In this document: positions 1 to 12,648 of the stretch, one piece after another
Position numbering within the stretch: position 1 is the stretch's first letter
How the letters are laid out: each line of letters begins with the position of its first letter
DNA from: Gammaproteobacteria bacterium
GTDB lineage: Bacteria > Pseudomonadota > Gammaproteobacteria > GCA-002705445 > GCA-002716945
DNA length: 46,862 bases
Direction of reading: 5' to 3'
Assembly: GCA_965660795.1 (NCBI GenBank)
Contig: CBFIBF010000005.1
Location: forward strand, 1-46,862
Made by a program: the position numbers and the translations under genes
Notes under the pieces: model-generated
What the model saw: only the letters and a program-made list of their open reading frames with translations
What the model was told of the DNA's origin: nothing
The model's database searches: none

Positions 1-1785
1 ATAAATCAAAGACCTCTTGTGAAGCCGGGGGACAAAGTTGTAGCTGGTGACGCTATAGCTGATGGACCATCTACAGATTTAGGCGAGCTCGCACTAGGTC
101 AGAATTTACTAATTGCCTTCATGCCTTGGAATGGCTATAACTATGAGGATTCTATATTAGTATCAGAAAGAGTAGTTAGAGAGGATAGATTCACGTCTAT
201 TCACATTGAAGAATTAGAGTGTGTAGCAAGAGATACAAAATTAGGCTCTGAAGAAATTACATCCGATATCCCTAATGTGAGTGAAAACTTACTAAATAAA
301 CTGGATGAATCAGGTATCGTATATGTTGGCGCTGAGGTGAAATCAGGCGATATACTTGTCGGAAAAGTAACGCCAAAAGGCGAAACCCAACTTACACCTG
401 AAGAAAAATTATTAAGAGCTATTTTTGGTGAAAAAGCTTCTGACGTTAAAGATTCTTCATTGAAAGTACCATCAGGAATGGATGGGACAATCATAGATGT
501 AAGAGTATTTACTAGGGAAGGTATTGATAAGGACAAAAGGGCAATTGAAATTGAGGAAACTCAAATAGAACAGGTTAAGAAGAATTTAATTGATGAGTTA
601 AGAATTAATCAAGATACTGTTTTCGTAAGAGCTAAAAATCTCTTGTTAAATAAAACTGTCTCAAAACCAATATTGGATCTAAAGGCTGGTTCCAAATTAT
701 CATCTTCGGTACTTGAAACAATCAACAATGAGGATTTATTTAAAATCCAAACAAAAGTTGAAAAAACTAATATTGCTCTTGCAAACCTATCCAATAACAT
801 CGATGAACTACAGAGTAAATTTAACCAAGATGTCGAAGAGGTAACAAAAAAAATTACTATGCCTGATGACCTTGGCCCTGGTGTACAGAAAAAGATTAAA
901 GTGTATCTTGCTGTAAAAAGAACTTTGCAGCCAGGTGATAAAATGGCTGGTAGACATGGAAATAAAGGTGTTATTTCTCAGATCATCCCAGTTGAAGATA
1001 TGCCTCATCGTGAAGATGGGACGCCTGTTGATATCGTATTAAACCCACTAGGTGTTCCATCAAGAATGAACGTTGGGCAGGTTCTAGAAACTCATCTTGG
1101 TTGGGCTGCACGCGGTATCGGTGACAAAATCAATCAGATGCTTAAGGATCAACAAGAAGTCAAAAAACTAAAGCAGTTTATTACTAAAGTCTATAAAGAG
1201 TGTCCTGGCTTTACAAAATATACACTTGATAACTTCACTGATGATGAAATTATTACGTTGGCAGAAAATCTTAAGAATGGTTTGCCGATGGCTACCCCAG
1301 TATTTGATGGAGCTTCTGAAGAAGAGATTAAGAAAATGCTTGAACTTGCTGATTTGCCAGTTACTGGACAGTCTATTTTGTTCGATGGAAGAACAGGAGA
1401 GCAATTTGAGCGTCCTGTAACCATTGGATACATGTATATCATTAAATTAAATCATCTTGTTGATGATAAAATGCATGCTCGCTCCACTGGTCCATATAGT
1501 CTTGTTACTCAACAACCTTTAGGGGGTAAAGCACAATTTGGTGGGCAAAGATTTGGAGAAATGGAAGTTTGGGCTCTACAAGCATATGGAGCTACAAATG
1601 TACTTCAAGAAGTACTTACAGTTAAGTCTGATGACATAGCTGGACGAAATAAAGTTTACAAAAATATAGTTGATGGTGAATACACCACTGATGCTCATAT
1701 ACCCGAGTCATTTAATGTGTTGCTTAAAGAGATAAAATCACTAGCTATCAATATTGATTTAGATTCTGAAAATAAACCAAGTTAG
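1..1785 (+). CDS. rpoB: DNA-directed RNA polymerase beta subunit, C-terminal ~594 aa (5' end lies outside the window)
   Basis: Frame 1 is open from nt 1 ([11 protein letters not shown]...). Universal beta motifs are present: [55 protein letters not shown]. rpoC follows 8 nt later. Confidence 0.98.
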   Translation: MNQRPLVKPGDKVVAGDAIADGPSTDLGELALGQNLLIAFMPWNGYNYEDSILVSERVVREDRFTSIHIEELECVARDTKLGSEEITSDIPNVSENLLNKLDESGIVYVGAEVKSGDILVGKVTPKGETQLTPEEKLLRAIFGEKASDVKDSSLKVPSGMDGTIIDVRVFTREGIDKDKRAIEIEETQIEQVKKNLIDELRINQDTVFVRAKNLLLNKTVSKPILDLKAGSKLSSSVLETINNEDLFKIQTKVEKTNIALANLSNNIDELQSKFNQDVEEVTKKITMPDDLGPGVQKKIKVYLAVKRTLQPGDKMAGRHGNKGVISQIIPVEDMPHREDGTPVDIVLNPLGVPSRMNVGQVLETHLGWAARGIGDKINQMLKDQQEVKKLKQFITKVYKECPGFTKYTLDNFTDDEIITLAENLKNGLPMATPVFDGASEEEIKKMLELADLPVTGQSILFDGRTGEQFERPVTIGYMYIIKLNHLVDDKMHARSTGPYSLVTQQPLGGKAQFGGQRFGEMEVWALQAYGATNVLQEVLTVKSDDIAGRNKVYKNIVDGEYTTDAHIPESFNVLLKEIKSLAINIDLDSENKPS

Positions 1786-1793
1786 GATAAGTT

Positions 1794-4700
1794 ATGCAAG
1801 AAATATTAAATATGTTCAAAAAAAATAATAATGATAAGAAATTTGATCACATAAAAATTTCACTCGCATCTGCTGATTTGATGAGATCCTGGTCTTATGG
1901 TGAAGTAAAGAAACCTGAGACGATTAATTACAGAACTTTTAAACCTGAGAGGGACGGACTGTTTTGCGCTAAAATTTTTGGACCAGTAAAAGATTATGAA
2001 TGCTTATGCGGTAAATATAAAAGACTCAAGCATAGAGGCGTAGTATGTGAAAAATGCGGAGTTGAAGTTACATTATCAAAAGTAAGAAGAGAGAGAATGG
2101 GGCATATTGAACTTGCAGCACCTGTTGCTCATATATGGTTTTTAAGATCGCTACCATCAAGAATTGGATTGATGATGGATATGACGCTCAGACAAATTGA
2201 AAAAGTCTTGTATTTTGAAGCTTTTATAGTCATAGATGGAGGACTAACTCCTTATGAAACTGGAAGCCTTCTCAATGAAGAAATGTACACTCATGCTATT
2301 GAAGAATATGGCAATGAAATTAAAGTTGGGATGGGCGCAGAAGCAATAAAAGAATTACTAATGAAAATTGATTTAAAAAAATCATATGAAGACCTTGCTG
2401 AAGAGATAAAAGTTACAAAGTCTCAAGCAAAAAATAAAAGAAATATTAAAAGACTAAAATTGCTCGAATCTTTTATAAAATCTGGCAATAAACCAGAATG
2501 GATGATTCTTGATGTGCTACCAATTTTACCTCCTGATCTAAGACCATTAGTACCACTGGAGGGAGGACGCTTTGCTACATCAGATCTTAATGATTTATAT
2601 CGTAGAGTAATAAACAGGAATAACAGGCTTAAAAGATTACTAGAGTTAAAAGCGCCTGATATTATCGTTAGAAATGAAAAAAGAATGCTGCAAGAATCCG
2701 TAGATGCTCTTTTAGACAATGGTAGAAGAGGAAGAGCAATAACAGGTACCAACAAAAGGCCACTTAAATCACTTGCTGATATGATTAAAGGCAAGGGCGG
2801 AAGATTCAGACAAAACCTATTAGGTAAAAGGGTAGACTATTCAGGAAGGTCGGTTATTGTTGTTGGTCCTACACTGAAACTTCACCAATGTGGTATACCT
2901 AAGAAAATGGCTTTAGAGTTATTCAAGCCACACATTTTCGGAAAACTTCAATTAAGAGGCATAACCACAACAATTAAATCTGCTAAAAAAGTAGTAGAAA
3001 AAGAGGGAGAAGAGGTTTGGGATATTTTAGAGCAAATAACAAAAGAGTACCCGGTTTTATTAAACAGAGCACCGACATTACATAGGCTTGGTATTCAAGC
3101 ATTTGAGCCTGTATTAATCGAAGGTAAAGCTATTCAATTACATCCTCTAGTGTGTGCCGCGTTTAATGCAGATTTTGACGGGGACCAGATGGCTGTACAT
3201 GTTCCTTTATCCGTTGAAGCACAAACAGAAGCACGTGTGCTTATGATGGCCACGAACAATATTTTATCACCCTCAAATGGGAGCCCAATTATAGTACCTT
3301 CACAAGATATGGTTTTGGGAATTTATTACATGTCAAGAGAAAAACCTGGCTGTAAAGGTGAAGGCATGATTTTCGCGGATGTCGACGAAGTATCTAGAGC
3401 ATACCAATCAAAGATAATAGACATGCACGCAAAAATAAAAGTCATGATGAATGTCACTGAGTATAATGATGATGCGCTAACTCAAAAAAATAAGATAGTA
3501 GAAACAACTACGGGCAGAGCACTCATATCACAAATATTGCCGAAAAATATTCCTTACTCTTACATTGACCAAGACTTAAATAAAAAAGCAATATCAAAAT
3601 TATTTGACGTCTCTTATCGTCTAGCTGGGCTAAAAGAGACAGTTCTTTTTGCTGACAACATTAAAAACATGGGATTTAAATACTCTACTCTTGCAGGTGT
3701 CTCAATTGGCGTTGATGATATGGTAATTCCAAAAGAGAAGGTAACGATTACAGCAAAAGCAGAAAAAGAAGTTAAAGAAATAGAGAAACAGTATAACTCT
3801 GGATTGCTTACAGCTGGAGAGCGATATAATAAAGTTGTAGATATTTGGTCACATACTAACGATAAAGTTTCTCAAGCAATGATGAAGCAGCTGGGAACAG
3901 AAACAACTAAAGTTTCTGGTGGTAAAAAAGTTGAGCATAAATCATTCAACTCGATTTATATGATGGCTGACTCTGGAGCTAGAGGGTCTGCTGCACAAAT
4001 AAGGCAATTATCCGGAATGAGAGGATTAATGGCTAAACCCGATGGATCAATTATCGAAACACCAATTACTGCAAACTTTAGAGAGGGACTGGATGTAATG
4101 CAGTATTTTATTTCAACACATGGCGCTCGAAAAGGTCTTGCTGATACTGCTCTTAAAACTGCAAACTCTGGTTACCTAACCAGAAGATTAGTGGATGTTT
4201 CTCAAGATTTAGTTGTGACAGAAGATGATTGCGGTACGGATAATGGCATACTAATGAAGCCTTTGATTGAAGGTGGTGATATTGTTGAACCACTTAATGA
4301 GAGAGTGCTCGGCAGAACATTGCTTCGTGATTTAGTGAATCCAAAAACCAATGAACTTATATTAGCTAAAGATACTCTACTAGATGAAAATAACGTATCT
4401 TTGTTAGAACAAAATGCTATTGATGAGGTTTGGGTAAGATCTGTAATTACATGCGATATTAGACATGGCGTTTGCGCTAAGTGTTATGGAAGAGATCTTG
4501 CTAAAGGAAGACAAGTTAGCATTGGAGAAGCAGTTGGAGTAGTTGCCGCGCAATCTATTGGTGAACCTGGCACTCAGCTTACAATGAGAACATTCCATAT
4601 TGGCGGAGCAGCATCCAGAGCCGTCGCAGCTAACAGCATAGAGGTAAAAAATTCTGGGGTAATCAGATATCATAATCTCAAGACAGTTGTAAATACTCAA

Positions 4701-6002
4701 AAAGAAATTGTGACTGTTTCAAGATCTGGTGAACTAGGCGTTTTAGATGACAGTGGTAGAGAAAAGGAAAGATATAAAATTCCTTATGGAGCAATTATCA
4801 AGGCAAACGATGGAGATAAAGTAGAAATAGGACAAAACATTGTAACATGGGACCCTCACACAACACCTATCATTACTGAGACAGCCGGTATAATAGAATT
4901 TGAAGATTTTGAGGATGGTATAAGCGTAGAAAATATTGTCGATGAGCTAACTGGTATAACATCCATAAAAATAAAAGATATTACCAGTAGGTCTTTTGAC
5001 AAAAATAGAAAACCAATGATTAAATTAGTGGACTCAAAAGGGAAGGATTTAACACTTTCGAACTCTAACCTTCCAGCTCATTATCATCTGCCTTCAAATT
5101 CAACTGTTAACCTTACAGCGGGTAGCAAGGTTGGCATTGGTGATGTTATTGCGCGCACACCACGTGAGACATCAGGTACTAGAGATATTACGGGCGGATT
5201 GCCTAGAGTTGCAGACTTATTTGAAGCTAGAGAGCCAAAAGATAAAGCTGAACTTGCTGTGCAAACTGGTGTTGTATCATTTGGTAAGGAAACAAAAGGT
5301 AAGCGTCGACTAATAATTACTGATGACCAAGGCAATGAGCATGTACAGATGCTCGCTAAAACTAAATTACTTAACGTCTTCGAAGGCGCGAGTGTCACCC
5401 AAGGAGAAATCATCTCAGATGGTGAGCTAGATCCACATGATATTCTAGCTTACAGAGGAGTTACTGATCTTGCGGAGCATCTAGTGAAAGAAGTTCAAGA
5501 CGTATATAGATTACAAGGTGTTGGCATAAATGATAAGCATATAGAAGTCATTTTAAGACAAATGCTAAGAAAAGTAGAAATAATATCATCTGGCGACACT
5601 ACATTAATGCCTGGCGAACAAATGGAGAAAAACCAGGTGCTTGAGATTATAGATTCACTTAAAGCTGAGAACCCAGACTCTGTATTACCAACATATAAAC
5701 TATTGCTACTTGGTATTACGAAAGCATCACTGGTAACTGAATCATTTATCTCTGCTGCATCATTCCAAGAAACAACACGTGTTCTTACTGATGCTGCAGT
5801 AAATGGCAGGAAAGATAAACTCAGAGGCTTAAAAGAAAATGTTGTTGTTGGAAGATTACTTCCTTGTGGAACAGGACTCTCTCAAAAGGATGATGATAAT
5901 GAATCATTTGAGGATATGTTAGAAAAAGAGATAGCAAGTGAAATCAATATACTTCCTGAAAAATCACCTAAAACTTCTGCTGAAGATCTATTTAATGATT
6001 AG
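1794..6002 (+). CDS. rpoC: DNA-directed RNA polymerase beta' subunit
   Basis: 1402 aa. Zn-binding [20 protein letters not shown] and catalytic [12 protein letters not shown] are present. Collinear with E. coli beta' along its whole length. Confidence 0.98.
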   Translation: MQEILNMFKKNNNDKKFDHIKISLASADLMRSWSYGEVKKPETINYRTFKPERDGLFCAKIFGPVKDYECLCGKYKRLKHRGVVCEKCGVEVTLSKVRRERMGHIELAAPVAHIWFLRSLPSRIGLMMDMTLRQIEKVLYFEAFIVIDGGLTPYETGSLLNEEMYTHAIEEYGNEIKVGMGAEAIKELLMKIDLKKSYEDLAEEIKVTKSQAKNKRNIKRLKLLESFIKSGNKPEWMILDVLPILPPDLRPLVPLEGGRFATSDLNDLYRRVINRNNRLKRLLELKAPDIIVRNEKRMLQESVDALLDNGRRGRAITGTNKRPLKSLADMIKGKGGRFRQNLLGKRVDYSGRSVIVVGPTLKLHQCGIPKKMALELFKPHIFGKLQLRGITTTIKSAKKVVEKEGEEVWDILEQITKEYPVLLNRAPTLHRLGIQAFEPVLIEGKAIQLHPLVCAAFNADFDGDQMAVHVPLSVEAQTEARVLMMATNNILSPSNGSPIIVPSQDMVLGIYYMSREKPGCKGEGMIFADVDEVSRAYQSKIIDMHAKIKVMMNVTEYNDDALTQKNKIVETTTGRALISQILPKNIPYSYIDQDLNKKAISKLFDVSYRLAGLKETVLFADNIKNMGFKYSTLAGVSIGVDDMVIPKEKVTITAKAEKEVKEIEKQYNSGLLTAGERYNKVVDIWSHTNDKVSQAMMKQLGTETTKVSGGKKVEHKSFNSIYMMADSGARGSAAQIRQLSGMRGLMAKPDGSIIETPITANFREGLDVMQYFISTHGARKGLADTALKTANSGYLTRRLVDVSQDLVVTEDDCGTDNGILMKPLIEGGDIVEPLNERVLGRTLLRDLVNPKTNELILAKDTLLDENNVSLLEQNAIDEVWVRSVITCDIRHGVCAKCYGRDLAKGRQVSIGEAVGVVAAQSIGEPGTQLTMRTFHIGGAASRAVAANSIEVKNSGVIRYHNLKTVVNTQKEIVTVSRSGELGVLDDSGREKERYKIPYGAIIKANDGDKVEIGQNIVTWDPHTTPIITETAGIIEFEDFEDGISVENIVDELTGITSIKIKDITSRSFDKNRKPMIKLVDSKGKDLTLSNSNLPAHYHLPSNSTVNLTAGSKVGIGDVIARTPRETSGTRDITGGLPRVADLFEAREPKDKAELAVQTGVVSFGKETKGKRRLIITDDQGNEHVQMLAKTKLLNVFEGASVTQGEIISDGELDPHDILAYRGVTDLAEHLVKEVQDVYRLQGVGINDKHIEVILRQMLRKVEIISSGDTTLMPGEQMEKNQVLEIIDSLKAENPDSVLPTYKLLLLGITKASLVTESFISAASFQETTRVLTDAAVNGRKDKLRGLKENVVVGRLLPCGTGLSQKDDDNESFEDMLEKEIASEINILPEKSPKTSAEDLFND

Positions 6003-6036
6003 CCAGATGTTTTTTATCAATATCTTTAATCATTTC

Positions 6037-6065
6037 TTGACACTAACTTGCACTACCAATAGAAT
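6037..6065 (+). promoter_or_regulatory. Sigma70-type promoter for the str/r-protein operon (TTGACA-17 nt-TAGAAT)
   Basis: TTGACA at 6037-6042, exact 17-nt spacer, TAGAAT at 6060-6065. It lies in the 86-nt rpoC-rpsL gap, 24 nt upstream of the rpsL ATG. Confidence 0.6.
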
Positions 6066-6088
6066 TTCGCATACTTATTAGGAAATAT

Positions 6089-6463
6089 ATGGCTACTATT
6101 AATCAACTTGTAAGAAAACCAAGAAAAACAAAGGTTGCAAAATCCGATGTACCTGCACTTGAGGCTTGCCCTCAACGCAGAGGAGTTTGTACTCGCGTCT
6201 ACACAACAACACCTAAGAAGCCAAATTCTGCACTTAGGAAAGTTGCAAGAGTGAGGTTGACTAATGGACAGGAAGTCACTTCATACATTGGTGGTGAAGG
6301 GCATAATTTGCAAGAACATTCTGTAGTCGTAATAAGAGGTGGTAGAGTGAAGGATTTACCTGGCGTCAGATATCATATTGTTCGCGGAAGTCTCGATACA
6401 CAAGGAGTCGAGAATCGTAAGCAAGGCAGATCAAAATATGGTGCTAAGAAACCAAAGAGTTAA
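6089..6463 (+). CDS. rpsL: 30S ribosomal protein S12
   Basis: 124 aa. [13 protein letters not shown]..., [11 protein letters not shown]. First gene of the str cluster. Confidence 0.98.
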   Translation: MATINQLVRKPRKTKVAKSDVPALEACPQRRGVCTRVYTTTPKKPNSALRKVARVRLTNGQEVTSYIGGEGHNLQEHSVVVIRGGRVKDLPGVRYHIVRGSLDTQGVENRKQGRSKYGAKKPKS

Positions 6464-6465
6464 AA

Positions 6466-6936
6466 ATGCCAAGAAAAAGAGATATACCTAAAAAAAAGAT
6501 TTTGCCTGATCCAATTTATAAAAGTACTAATGTTACTCGCCTTACTAACATGATTATGCAAGATGGTAAGAAGAGAACGGCAGAAAAAATAGTTTATGAC
6601 GCTCTATCAATTTCTTCAAAAAAAACAAAAGAGGAACCGTTAATAGCTCTTGATAAAGCACTTCAAAATGTAGGCCCAAGTGTCGAGGTAAAATCAAGAA
6701 GAGTAGGTGGTTCAAATTATCAAGTTCCTATTGAAGTGAATTCGAAAAGAAAAATCTCTCTAGCAATGAAATGGATTATAGAAGCTGCCAGCAAAAGAAA
6801 TGAGAAATCTATGCGCGAAAAGCTTGCGTCTGAAATAAGTGACGCAATCGATAATAAAGGTTCAGCGGTTAAAAAGCGTGAGGATACACATAAAATGGCT
6901 GAGGCAAATAAAGCGTTTGCTCATTACAGGTGGTAA
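6466..6936 (+). CDS. rpsG: 30S ribosomal protein S7
   Basis: 156 aa. MPRKRDIP... and C-terminal AHYRW. Starts 2 nt after rpsL. Confidence 0.98.
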   Translation: MPRKRDIPKKKILPDPIYKSTNVTRLTNMIMQDGKKRTAEKIVYDALSISSKKTKEEPLIALDKALQNVGPSVEVKSRRVGGSNYQVPIEVNSKRKISLAMKWIIEAASKRNEKSMREKLASEISDAIDNKGSAVKKREDTHKMAEANKAFAHYRW

Positions 6937-6939
6937 GAA

Positions 6940-9039
6940 ATGGCTAGAACAACAGAATTAACTCATTATCGCAACATTGGAATAATGGCACATATAGATG
7001 CAGGTAAAACAACTACAACAGAAAGAATACTCTATTACACTGGTGTTTCACATAAAATAGGTGAAGTACATGATGGAGCTGCAACTATGGACTGGATGGA
7101 GCAAGAGCAAGAGAGAGGTATCACAATTACTTCTGCAGCTACGACCTGTTTTTGGGAGGGCAGCACCGGTCAATATGATCAACATAGAATAAATATTATA
7201 GATACACCGGGACACGTTGATTTCACAATTGAAGTTGAGAGATCATTGAGAGTCCTTGATGGTGCTGTAGCAGTTTTCTGCGCTGTTGGTGGAGTTGAAC
7301 CACAATCTGAGACTGTCTGGAGACAAGCTAATAAATATAGTGTTCCTAGAATGGCATTTGTAAACAAGATGGACCGAGCGGGAGCAGATTTCTTTAGAGT
7401 CGTCGACCAGATCAAAACTAGACTAGGGTCTAAACCAGTTCCACTTCAAGTACCTATTGGGTCTGAAGATAACTTCAAGGGAGTTGTAGATCTAATTAGT
7501 ATGAAAGCTATTATTTGGGATGAAGAATCAAAAGGCATGAAATTTGACACCGTAGATATACCAGATGATCTTAAGGTTAAATCTGATGAGTTACATGAGC
7601 AGCTGGTTGAAACAGCAGCTGAAGCAAATGAAGAGCTAATGGATGAATATTTAAATAATGGAGAATTATCAAAAGAAAAAATAATTGAAGGATTGAGGTT
7701 ACAAACTCTTGCTAATGAAATAGTACTTGTAACCTGCGGTACAGCTTTCAAAAATAAAGGAGTACAGGCAATGCTTGATGCTGTGATTGAATTTATGCCT
7801 TCTCCTTTAGATGTTCCTGCGATTAAAGGTATAAACGATGATTCTGAAGGCTCTGAAGGTGTTAGAAATTCCTCTGATGATGAGCCATTTGCATCTCTTG
7901 CATTTAAGATTGCAACAGATCCTTTTGTGGGTACACTCGCATTTTTTAGAGTATATTCAGGCGTCTTAAAAGCAGGTGATACTGTATATAATGCTGTCAC
8001 ACAGAAAAAAGAGAGAATTGGCAGAATTTTACAAATGCACTCAAACTCTAGAGAGGAAATAAAAGAAGTTAGAGCAGGAGATATTGCTGCTGCAGTTGGA
8101 TTGAAAACAGTCACTACAGGTGATACTCTTTGCGATCCATCTTCTGTAATTACGTTAGAAAGAATGGAGTTTCCTGAGCCAGTTATTTCTATTGCAGTAG
8201 AACCTAAAACAAAAGATGACCAAGAGAAAATGGGATTAGCTCTTGGAAAACTTGCTCAAGAAGATCCTTCATTTCGAGTATCCACAGATGAAGAATCTAA
8301 CCAAACTATTATTTCTGGTATGGGAGAGTTACATTTGGATATCATTGTAGATAGAATGAAAAGAGAGTTTAATGTTGAAGCAACAATAGGTAAACCTCAA
8401 GTTGCTTATAGAGAAACCATCAGAAAACCTATCGAACAGGAAGCTAAATACGTCAAACAAAGTGGTGGTAAAGGTCAATATGGACATGTTTGGCTTAAAA
8501 TAGAGCCGCAAGAGCCTGGTAAAGGATATGAATTTGTAAACGAAATTGTTGGTGGCGCAATACCAAAAGAATTTATTGGACCTGTAGATAAAGGTGTAAT
8601 CGAACAAATGGAAAATGGGGTCATAGGCGGATATCCTGTTGTAGATGTGAAAGTGACATTATTTGATGGTTCATTTCATGATGTAGATTCCAGTGAAGTC
8701 GCCTTCAAAGTTGCTGGATCACAAGCTTTTAAAGAAGGAGCAAAAAAAGCGAATCCAGTATTGTTGGAACCCGTCATGAAAGTAGAAGCTGTAACTCCAG
8801 GAGATTATCTTGGTGATGTTACTGGAGACTTAAATAGAAGACGAGGAATAATCCAAGGTATGGAGGAAACAGTTGTAGGTAATATCATAAAAGCTGAAGT
8901 ACCTCTGTCTGAAATGTTTGGTTATGCTACTGATCTAAGATCCATGACTCAAGGAAGAGCAACATATACTATGGAATTTGAGAAGTATGCAGAAATTCCA
9001 TCAAACATAGCTGAAGGATTAATAGAGAAGGCTTCATAA
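6940..9039 (+). CDS. fusA: Elongation factor G
   Basis: 699 aa. GTPase motifs [21 protein letters not shown]. Full-length EF-G architecture. Confidence 0.98.
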   Translation: MARTTELTHYRNIGIMAHIDAGKTTTTERILYYTGVSHKIGEVHDGAATMDWMEQEQERGITITSAATTCFWEGSTGQYDQHRINIIDTPGHVDFTIEVERSLRVLDGAVAVFCAVGGVEPQSETVWRQANKYSVPRMAFVNKMDRAGADFFRVVDQIKTRLGSKPVPLQVPIGSEDNFKGVVDLISMKAIIWDEESKGMKFDTVDIPDDLKVKSDELHEQLVETAAEANEELMDEYLNNGELSKEKIIEGLRLQTLANEIVLVTCGTAFKNKGVQAMLDAVIEFMPSPLDVPAIKGINDDSEGSEGVRNSSDDEPFASLAFKIATDPFVGTLAFFRVYSGVLKAGDTVYNAVTQKKERIGRILQMHSNSREEIKEVRAGDIAAAVGLKTVTTGDTLCDPSSVITLERMEFPEPVISIAVEPKTKDDQEKMGLALGKLAQEDPSFRVSTDEESNQTIISGMGELHLDIIVDRMKREFNVEATIGKPQVAYRETIRKPIEQEAKYVKQSGGKGQYGHVWLKIEPQEPGKGYEFVNEIVGGAIPKEFIGPVDKGVIEQMENGVIGGYPVVDVKVTLFDGSFHDVDSSEVAFKVAGSQAFKEGAKKANPVLLEPVMKVEAVTPGDYLGDVTGDLNRRRGIIQGMEETVVGNIIKAEVPLSEMFGYATDLRSMTQGRATYTMEFEKYAEIPSNIAEGLIEKAS

Positions 9040-9368
9040 TGGCAACAAAGAAAGCAAAAAATACGCAAAACATTAGGATTCGTCTTAAAACTTTTGATCA
9101 TAAACTCATTGATGCATCTTCGAAAGAGATAGTTGAGACAGCAAAAAGAACGGGTGCAAGGGTAATAGGACCCATACCTCTACCTACCAAAAAAGAGAGA
9201 TACACAATACTCGTTTCACCACATGTAGACAAAGATGCACGAGATCAGTATGAAATAAGAACACACAAAAGACTCATGGATATCTTAGAGCCTACAGACA
9301 AGACGGTTGATGCTCTCATGAAACTTGATCTTGCAGCAGGCGTCGATGTTCAGATAGAACTTAGCTGA
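9039..9368 (+). CDS. rpsJ: 30S ribosomal protein S10
   Basis: 109 aa. [14 protein letters not shown]...[14 protein letters not shown]. Its ATG shares one nt with the fusA TAA (TAATG). Confidence 0.97.
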   Translation: MATKKAKNTQNIRIRLKTFDHKLIDASSKEIVETAKRTGARVIGPIPLPTKKERYTILVSPHVDKDARDQYEIRTHKRLMDILEPTDKTVDALMKLDLAAGVDVQIELS

Positions 9369-9415
9369 ATTGTATAAATAAACCCCTACTTTAAACCCAA
9401 AAAACTCTAAAAAAG

Positions 9416-9444
9416 TGTAACAATTATGAATTTTATGTTAAGAT
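9416..9444 (+). promoter_or_regulatory. Possible internal promoter upstream of rplC (TGTAAC-17 nt-TGtTAAGAT extended -10)
   Basis: TGTAAC at 9416-9421, 17-nt spacer ending in TGT, TAAGAT at 9439-9444. It lies in the only sizeable gap (131 nt) of the S10 cluster. Hexamer matches are weak. Confidence 0.3.
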
Positions 9445-9499
9445 TCAGCACCTTAAATAGTACGAATTAACTAACTTTTTTCATTTTGAGGATAAGAAA

Positions 9500-10309
9500 A
9501 TGAGCGTAGGCCTTATTGGTATCAAGACTGGCATGACTAGAGTATTCGATGAATCTGGTGTATCTATCCCTGTCACTGTCATAAATGTTGATTCAAATAG
9601 AATATCCCAAATCAAAACAACAGAAAAAGACGGCTACAATGCTATTCAAGTTGCTTATGGCAAACAAAAGGAAAGTAGACTAAATAAAGCATTACTAGGA
9701 CATTATAAAAAATCCAACCTTGAGCCTGCGAGAGGACAAATTGAATTTCGAGTCTCTAACATTGAAGATGAAATGAAGGTTGGGTCTGATATAAAAGTTG
9801 ACTCATTTAAAGCAGGAGAGCACGTTGATATTACAGGGAAAACGTTAGGAAAGGGATTTCAAGGCGGAGTTAAACGTCACCATTTTAAAACACAAGATGC
9901 CACACATGGTAACTCAATATCACATAGAGCTCTTGGATCTACAGGACAATGTCAAGATCCTGGCAGAGTGTTTAAAGGTAAAAAAATGCCTGGACACTTA
10001 GGAAGTGTCAGCAGGACTATTCAAAATTTAACAATTGTAAAAGTAATGTCTGAAGAAAATATTATGCTTGTTAAAGGTTCAATACCTGGTCATAACGGTA
10101 GTTATGTTGTAATTAAACCTACAGAGAAAAAGTACACTCCAAAGGAAATATACAGTGAAAAAGATTTCTCACAAGAAGCAAAACCAGATGTTGAATCAGT
10201 AGAACCTAATGATGCAGCAGCTCAAGAAACCAACCTAAACAATGATTCACAATTGAATGCTGAAGAATCTTCATCTTCAGAAAATGTTGACAAAAAAACG
10301 GAAGAATAA
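9500..10309 (+). CDS. rplC: 50S ribosomal protein L3 with an acidic C-terminal extension
   Basis: 269 aa. Residues 1-211 are collinear with E. coli L3 (GMTRVFDE, QDATHGNS, GSTGQCQDPGRVFKGKKMPG). Residues 212-269 are a D/E/S/N-rich tail. SD GAGGA lies 8 nt upstream. Confidence 0.97.
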   Translation: MSVGLIGIKTGMTRVFDESGVSIPVTVINVDSNRISQIKTTEKDGYNAIQVAYGKQKESRLNKALLGHYKKSNLEPARGQIEFRVSNIEDEMKVGSDIKVDSFKAGEHVDITGKTLGKGFQGGVKRHHFKTQDATHGNSISHRALGSTGQCQDPGRVFKGKKMPGHLGSVSRTIQNLTIVKVMSEENIMLVKGSIPGHNGSYVVIKPTEKKYTPKEIYSEKDFSQEAKPDVESVEPNDAAAQETNLNNDSQLNAEESSSSENVDKKTEE

Positions 10310-10888
10310 ATGACTGCTGAACTAACAAAAATTTTCACCAAAGAATTTAATCAATCACTTGTTCATCAAGTCACAACTGACTTTATGTCTAACCTTAGAA
10401 GTGGTACTAAAGCTCAGAAAAATCGATCTGCAGTAAGCGGTGGAGGAGCAAAACCTAGACCACAGAAAGGTTCTGGTAGAGCTCGAGCTGGAACAACTAG
10501 AAGCCCAATTTGGAGAACTGGTGGGGTAACTTTTGCTGCACAGCCTAAAACATATAATAAAAAAATTAATAAAAAAATGTATAAGGGAGCTTTAAATTGT
10601 ATCTTTAATGAGTTGTTAAAAAGAGAGAGATTATTTTTATCGGATCAGCTTAATTTTACTGATAAAAAAACTAAAGCAGGAAAAGCTTTTCTCGAGAATC
10701 TTAAAATTTCTAATGCTCTCATAATTACATCATTAGATAACGTCAACGCCTTTTTTTCTCTCAGAAACATAAAAAATATATCAATCATTGATCATAAAGA
10801 GATTAATCCATACATTCTTATGAAACATGATAATGTTGTTATCGATAATAATGTACTTGATTATATTAAGAAGGCGACAACACTATGA
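10310..10888 (+). CDS. rplD: 50S ribosomal protein L4
   Basis: 192 aa. PQKGSGRARAG...SPIWRTGGVTF. The ATG directly abuts the rplC TAA. Confidence 0.97.
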   Translation: MTAELTKIFTKEFNQSLVHQVTTDFMSNLRSGTKAQKNRSAVSGGGAKPRPQKGSGRARAGTTRSPIWRTGGVTFAAQPKTYNKKINKKMYKGALNCIFNELLKRERLFLSDQLNFTDKKTKAGKAFLENLKISNALIITSLDNVNAFFSLRNIKNISIIDHKEINPYILMKHDNVVIDNNVLDYIKKATTL

Positions 10889-11190
10889 ATGCACAAAGAT
10901 TAGCTAATGTTATTGTAAGCCCACGTGTTTCTGAAAAAGCTGCGACTCGGGCAGATCTTGAAAATCAACACGTTTTTTCAGTACTCAAAGATGCAACTAA
11001 ACCTGAAATTAAAAAAGCCGTAGAACTAATGTTTGATGTCAAAGTTAAAAGCGTAAGAATTATGAACGTACAAGGTAAACTCACCCGTATTGGTCGGACC
11101 TTTGGTAAACGTAAAGATTGGAAGAAAGCTTACGTGCGTTTAGAGGATGGATTCGATATTAATTATGGCGAAGAAGAGGTGGTTAAATGA
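10885..11190 (+). CDS. rplW: 50S ribosomal protein L23
   Basis: 101 aa. L23-like (VSEKA...[22 protein letters not shown]) at the conserved position. 4-nt overlap with rplD. Confidence 0.96.
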   Translation: MNAQRLANVIVSPRVSEKAATRADLENQHVFSVLKDATKPEIKKAVELMFDVKVKSVRIMNVQGKLTRIGRTFGKRKDWKKAYVRLEDGFDINYGEEEVVK

Positions 11191-12023
11191 CAATCGTAAA
11201 ATCAAGACCTACTTCTCCTGGTAGACGTTTTAGAGTAAAGATATCCAATAAAGATATCTATAAAGGACAACCTCACGAACCATTGTTGGTTAAACTAAGC
11301 AAATCAGGTGGTCGCAACAACCAAGGCAGGATAACCACAAGGCATATCGGCGGAGGCCACAAAAGACGATATAGGTTAATCGACTTTAAAAGAAACAAAG
11401 ACAATATCCCTGCAACTGTTGAGAGGTTAGAGTATGACCCTAACAGAAATGCAAATATTGCTCTTCTATTGTATGCAGATGGCGAAAGGAGATACATAAT
11501 AGCGCCCAAGAACCTTAAATCTGGAGACCAGTTGATGTCTGGAGAGAAATCATCTATTAGCGTAGGAAACTCTCTTCCTTTATTAAACATACCTGTGGGA
11601 ACACAAGTACATTGTGTTGAGATGAAACCTGGTAAAGGAGCACAAATAGCAAGAAGTGCAGGAACCGTTGCTCAAATCGTTGCTATGGAAGGTGATTATG
11701 TGACTTTGAAACTTAAATCTGGAGAGACTAGAAAAATATTTAAAACTTGCCGAGCTACAATTGGTGAAGTCGGTAATAGTGAATATAATCTCCAAAAACA
11801 TGGTAAAGCTGGTGCAAAAAGATGGCTCGGTATAAGACCTACTGTGCGTGGTGTAGCAATGAACCCAATTGATCATCCACATGGTGGAGGCGAAGGTAAA
11901 ACATCTGGAGGGAGAGACCCTGTTTCACCGTGGGGAACTCCAACCAAAGGTTATAAAACAAGATCAAATAAAAGAACTGATAAGTTAATAGTCAGAAGAA
12001 GAACAAATAAACGTAGGAAGTAA
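11187..12023 (+). CDS. rplB: 50S ribosomal protein L2
   Basis: 278 aa. [24 protein letters not shown]. Confidence 0.98.
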   Translation: MTIVKSRPTSPGRRFRVKISNKDIYKGQPHEPLLVKLSKSGGRNNQGRITTRHIGGGHKRRYRLIDFKRNKDNIPATVERLEYDPNRNANIALLLYADGERRYIIAPKNLKSGDQLMSGEKSSISVGNSLPLLNIPVGTQVHCVEMKPGKGAQIARSAGTVAQIVAMEGDYVTLKLKSGETRKIFKTCRATIGEVGNSEYNLQKHGKAGAKRWLGIRPTVRGVAMNPIDHPHGGGEGKTSGGRDPVSPWGTPTKGYKTRSNKRTDKLIVRRRTNKRRK

Positions 12024-12027
12024 CGAA

Positions 12028-12303
12028 GTGGCAAGATCATTAAAAAAAGGACCATTTATCGACGATCATCTCCAAGCAAAAATTGATAAAGCTTTGAAAG
12101 ATAATGATAAAAAACCCATCAAAACATGGTCTAGGAGATCAGTAATATCCCCTGATATGATTGGTCTTACTATTGCTGTTCATAATGGAAAACAGCATGT
12201 GCCAGTGTATGTTACAGAAAATATGATTGGCCATAAGCTTGGCGAATTCTCTCCTACAAGAGTTTTCAAAGGTCATTCAGGCGATAGGAAAGCAAAAGGA
12301 TAA
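12028..12303 (+). CDS. rpsS: 30S ribosomal protein S19 (GTG start)
   Basis: 91 aa. [11 protein letters not shown]...[21 protein letters not shown]. The codon at 12028 is GTG. Confidence 0.97.
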   Translation: MARSLKKGPFIDDHLQAKIDKALKDNDKKPIKTWSRRSVISPDMIGLTIAVHNGKQHVPVYVTENMIGHKLGEFSPTRVFKGHSGDRKAKG

Positions 12304-12306
12304 ACA

Positions 12307-12648
12307 ATGAATACACAAGCCGTTCTAAAATATCAGAAAATTTCTGCTCAAAAATGTAGACTTGTCGCTAATGAAGTTAGAGGTTTACCTGTGAATAAAG
12401 CTTTTGAATTTTTAAATTACAGTAATAAAAAAGCATCGCAATTAATCTTAAAAGTTTTGGAATCTGCTGTAGCTAATGCAGAACACAATAACTCAAGCGA
12501 CTTAGATGAGCTTATTGTTAAAAATGTTTTAGTTGATGAAGGTCCATATGGTAAAAGACATAGACCGCGAGCTAGAGGAAGAGTAAACCAAATTCTTAAG
12601 AGAACAAGCCACATTACTATAGTGGTCAGCGATAAAGAGGAGAGCTAA
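12307..12648 (+). CDS. rplV: 50S ribosomal protein L22
   Basis: 113 aa. [15 protein letters not shown]...[14 protein letters not shown]. Confidence 0.97.
   Translation: MNTQAVLKYQKISAQKCRLVANEVRGLPVNKAFEFLNYSNKKASQLILKVLESAVANAEHNNSSDLDELIVKNVLVDEGPYGKRHRPRARGRVNQILKRTSHITIVVSDKEES

Noticed and set aside
7446-8114. 222-aa ORF antisense to fusA. Similar antisense ORFs lie at 201-536, 2423-2794, 4404-4700, 5084-5413, 11273-11882, 14504-14842, 15675-16317, 17374-17755, 18073-18360 and 20551-21170.
   Set aside because: All lie fully inside strongly conserved, confidently identified genes on the opposite strand. They have low-complexity Ser/Leu/Ile-rich translations and no family resemblance. 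They are typical shadow ORFs of AT-rich coding DNA.
9426-9470. 14-codon uORF (MNFMLRFSTLNSTN) in the rpsJ-rplC spacer as a leader peptide.
   Set aside because: It has no SD and no regulatory codon run, and it is too short to evaluate. It is mentioned only as part of the spacer finding.
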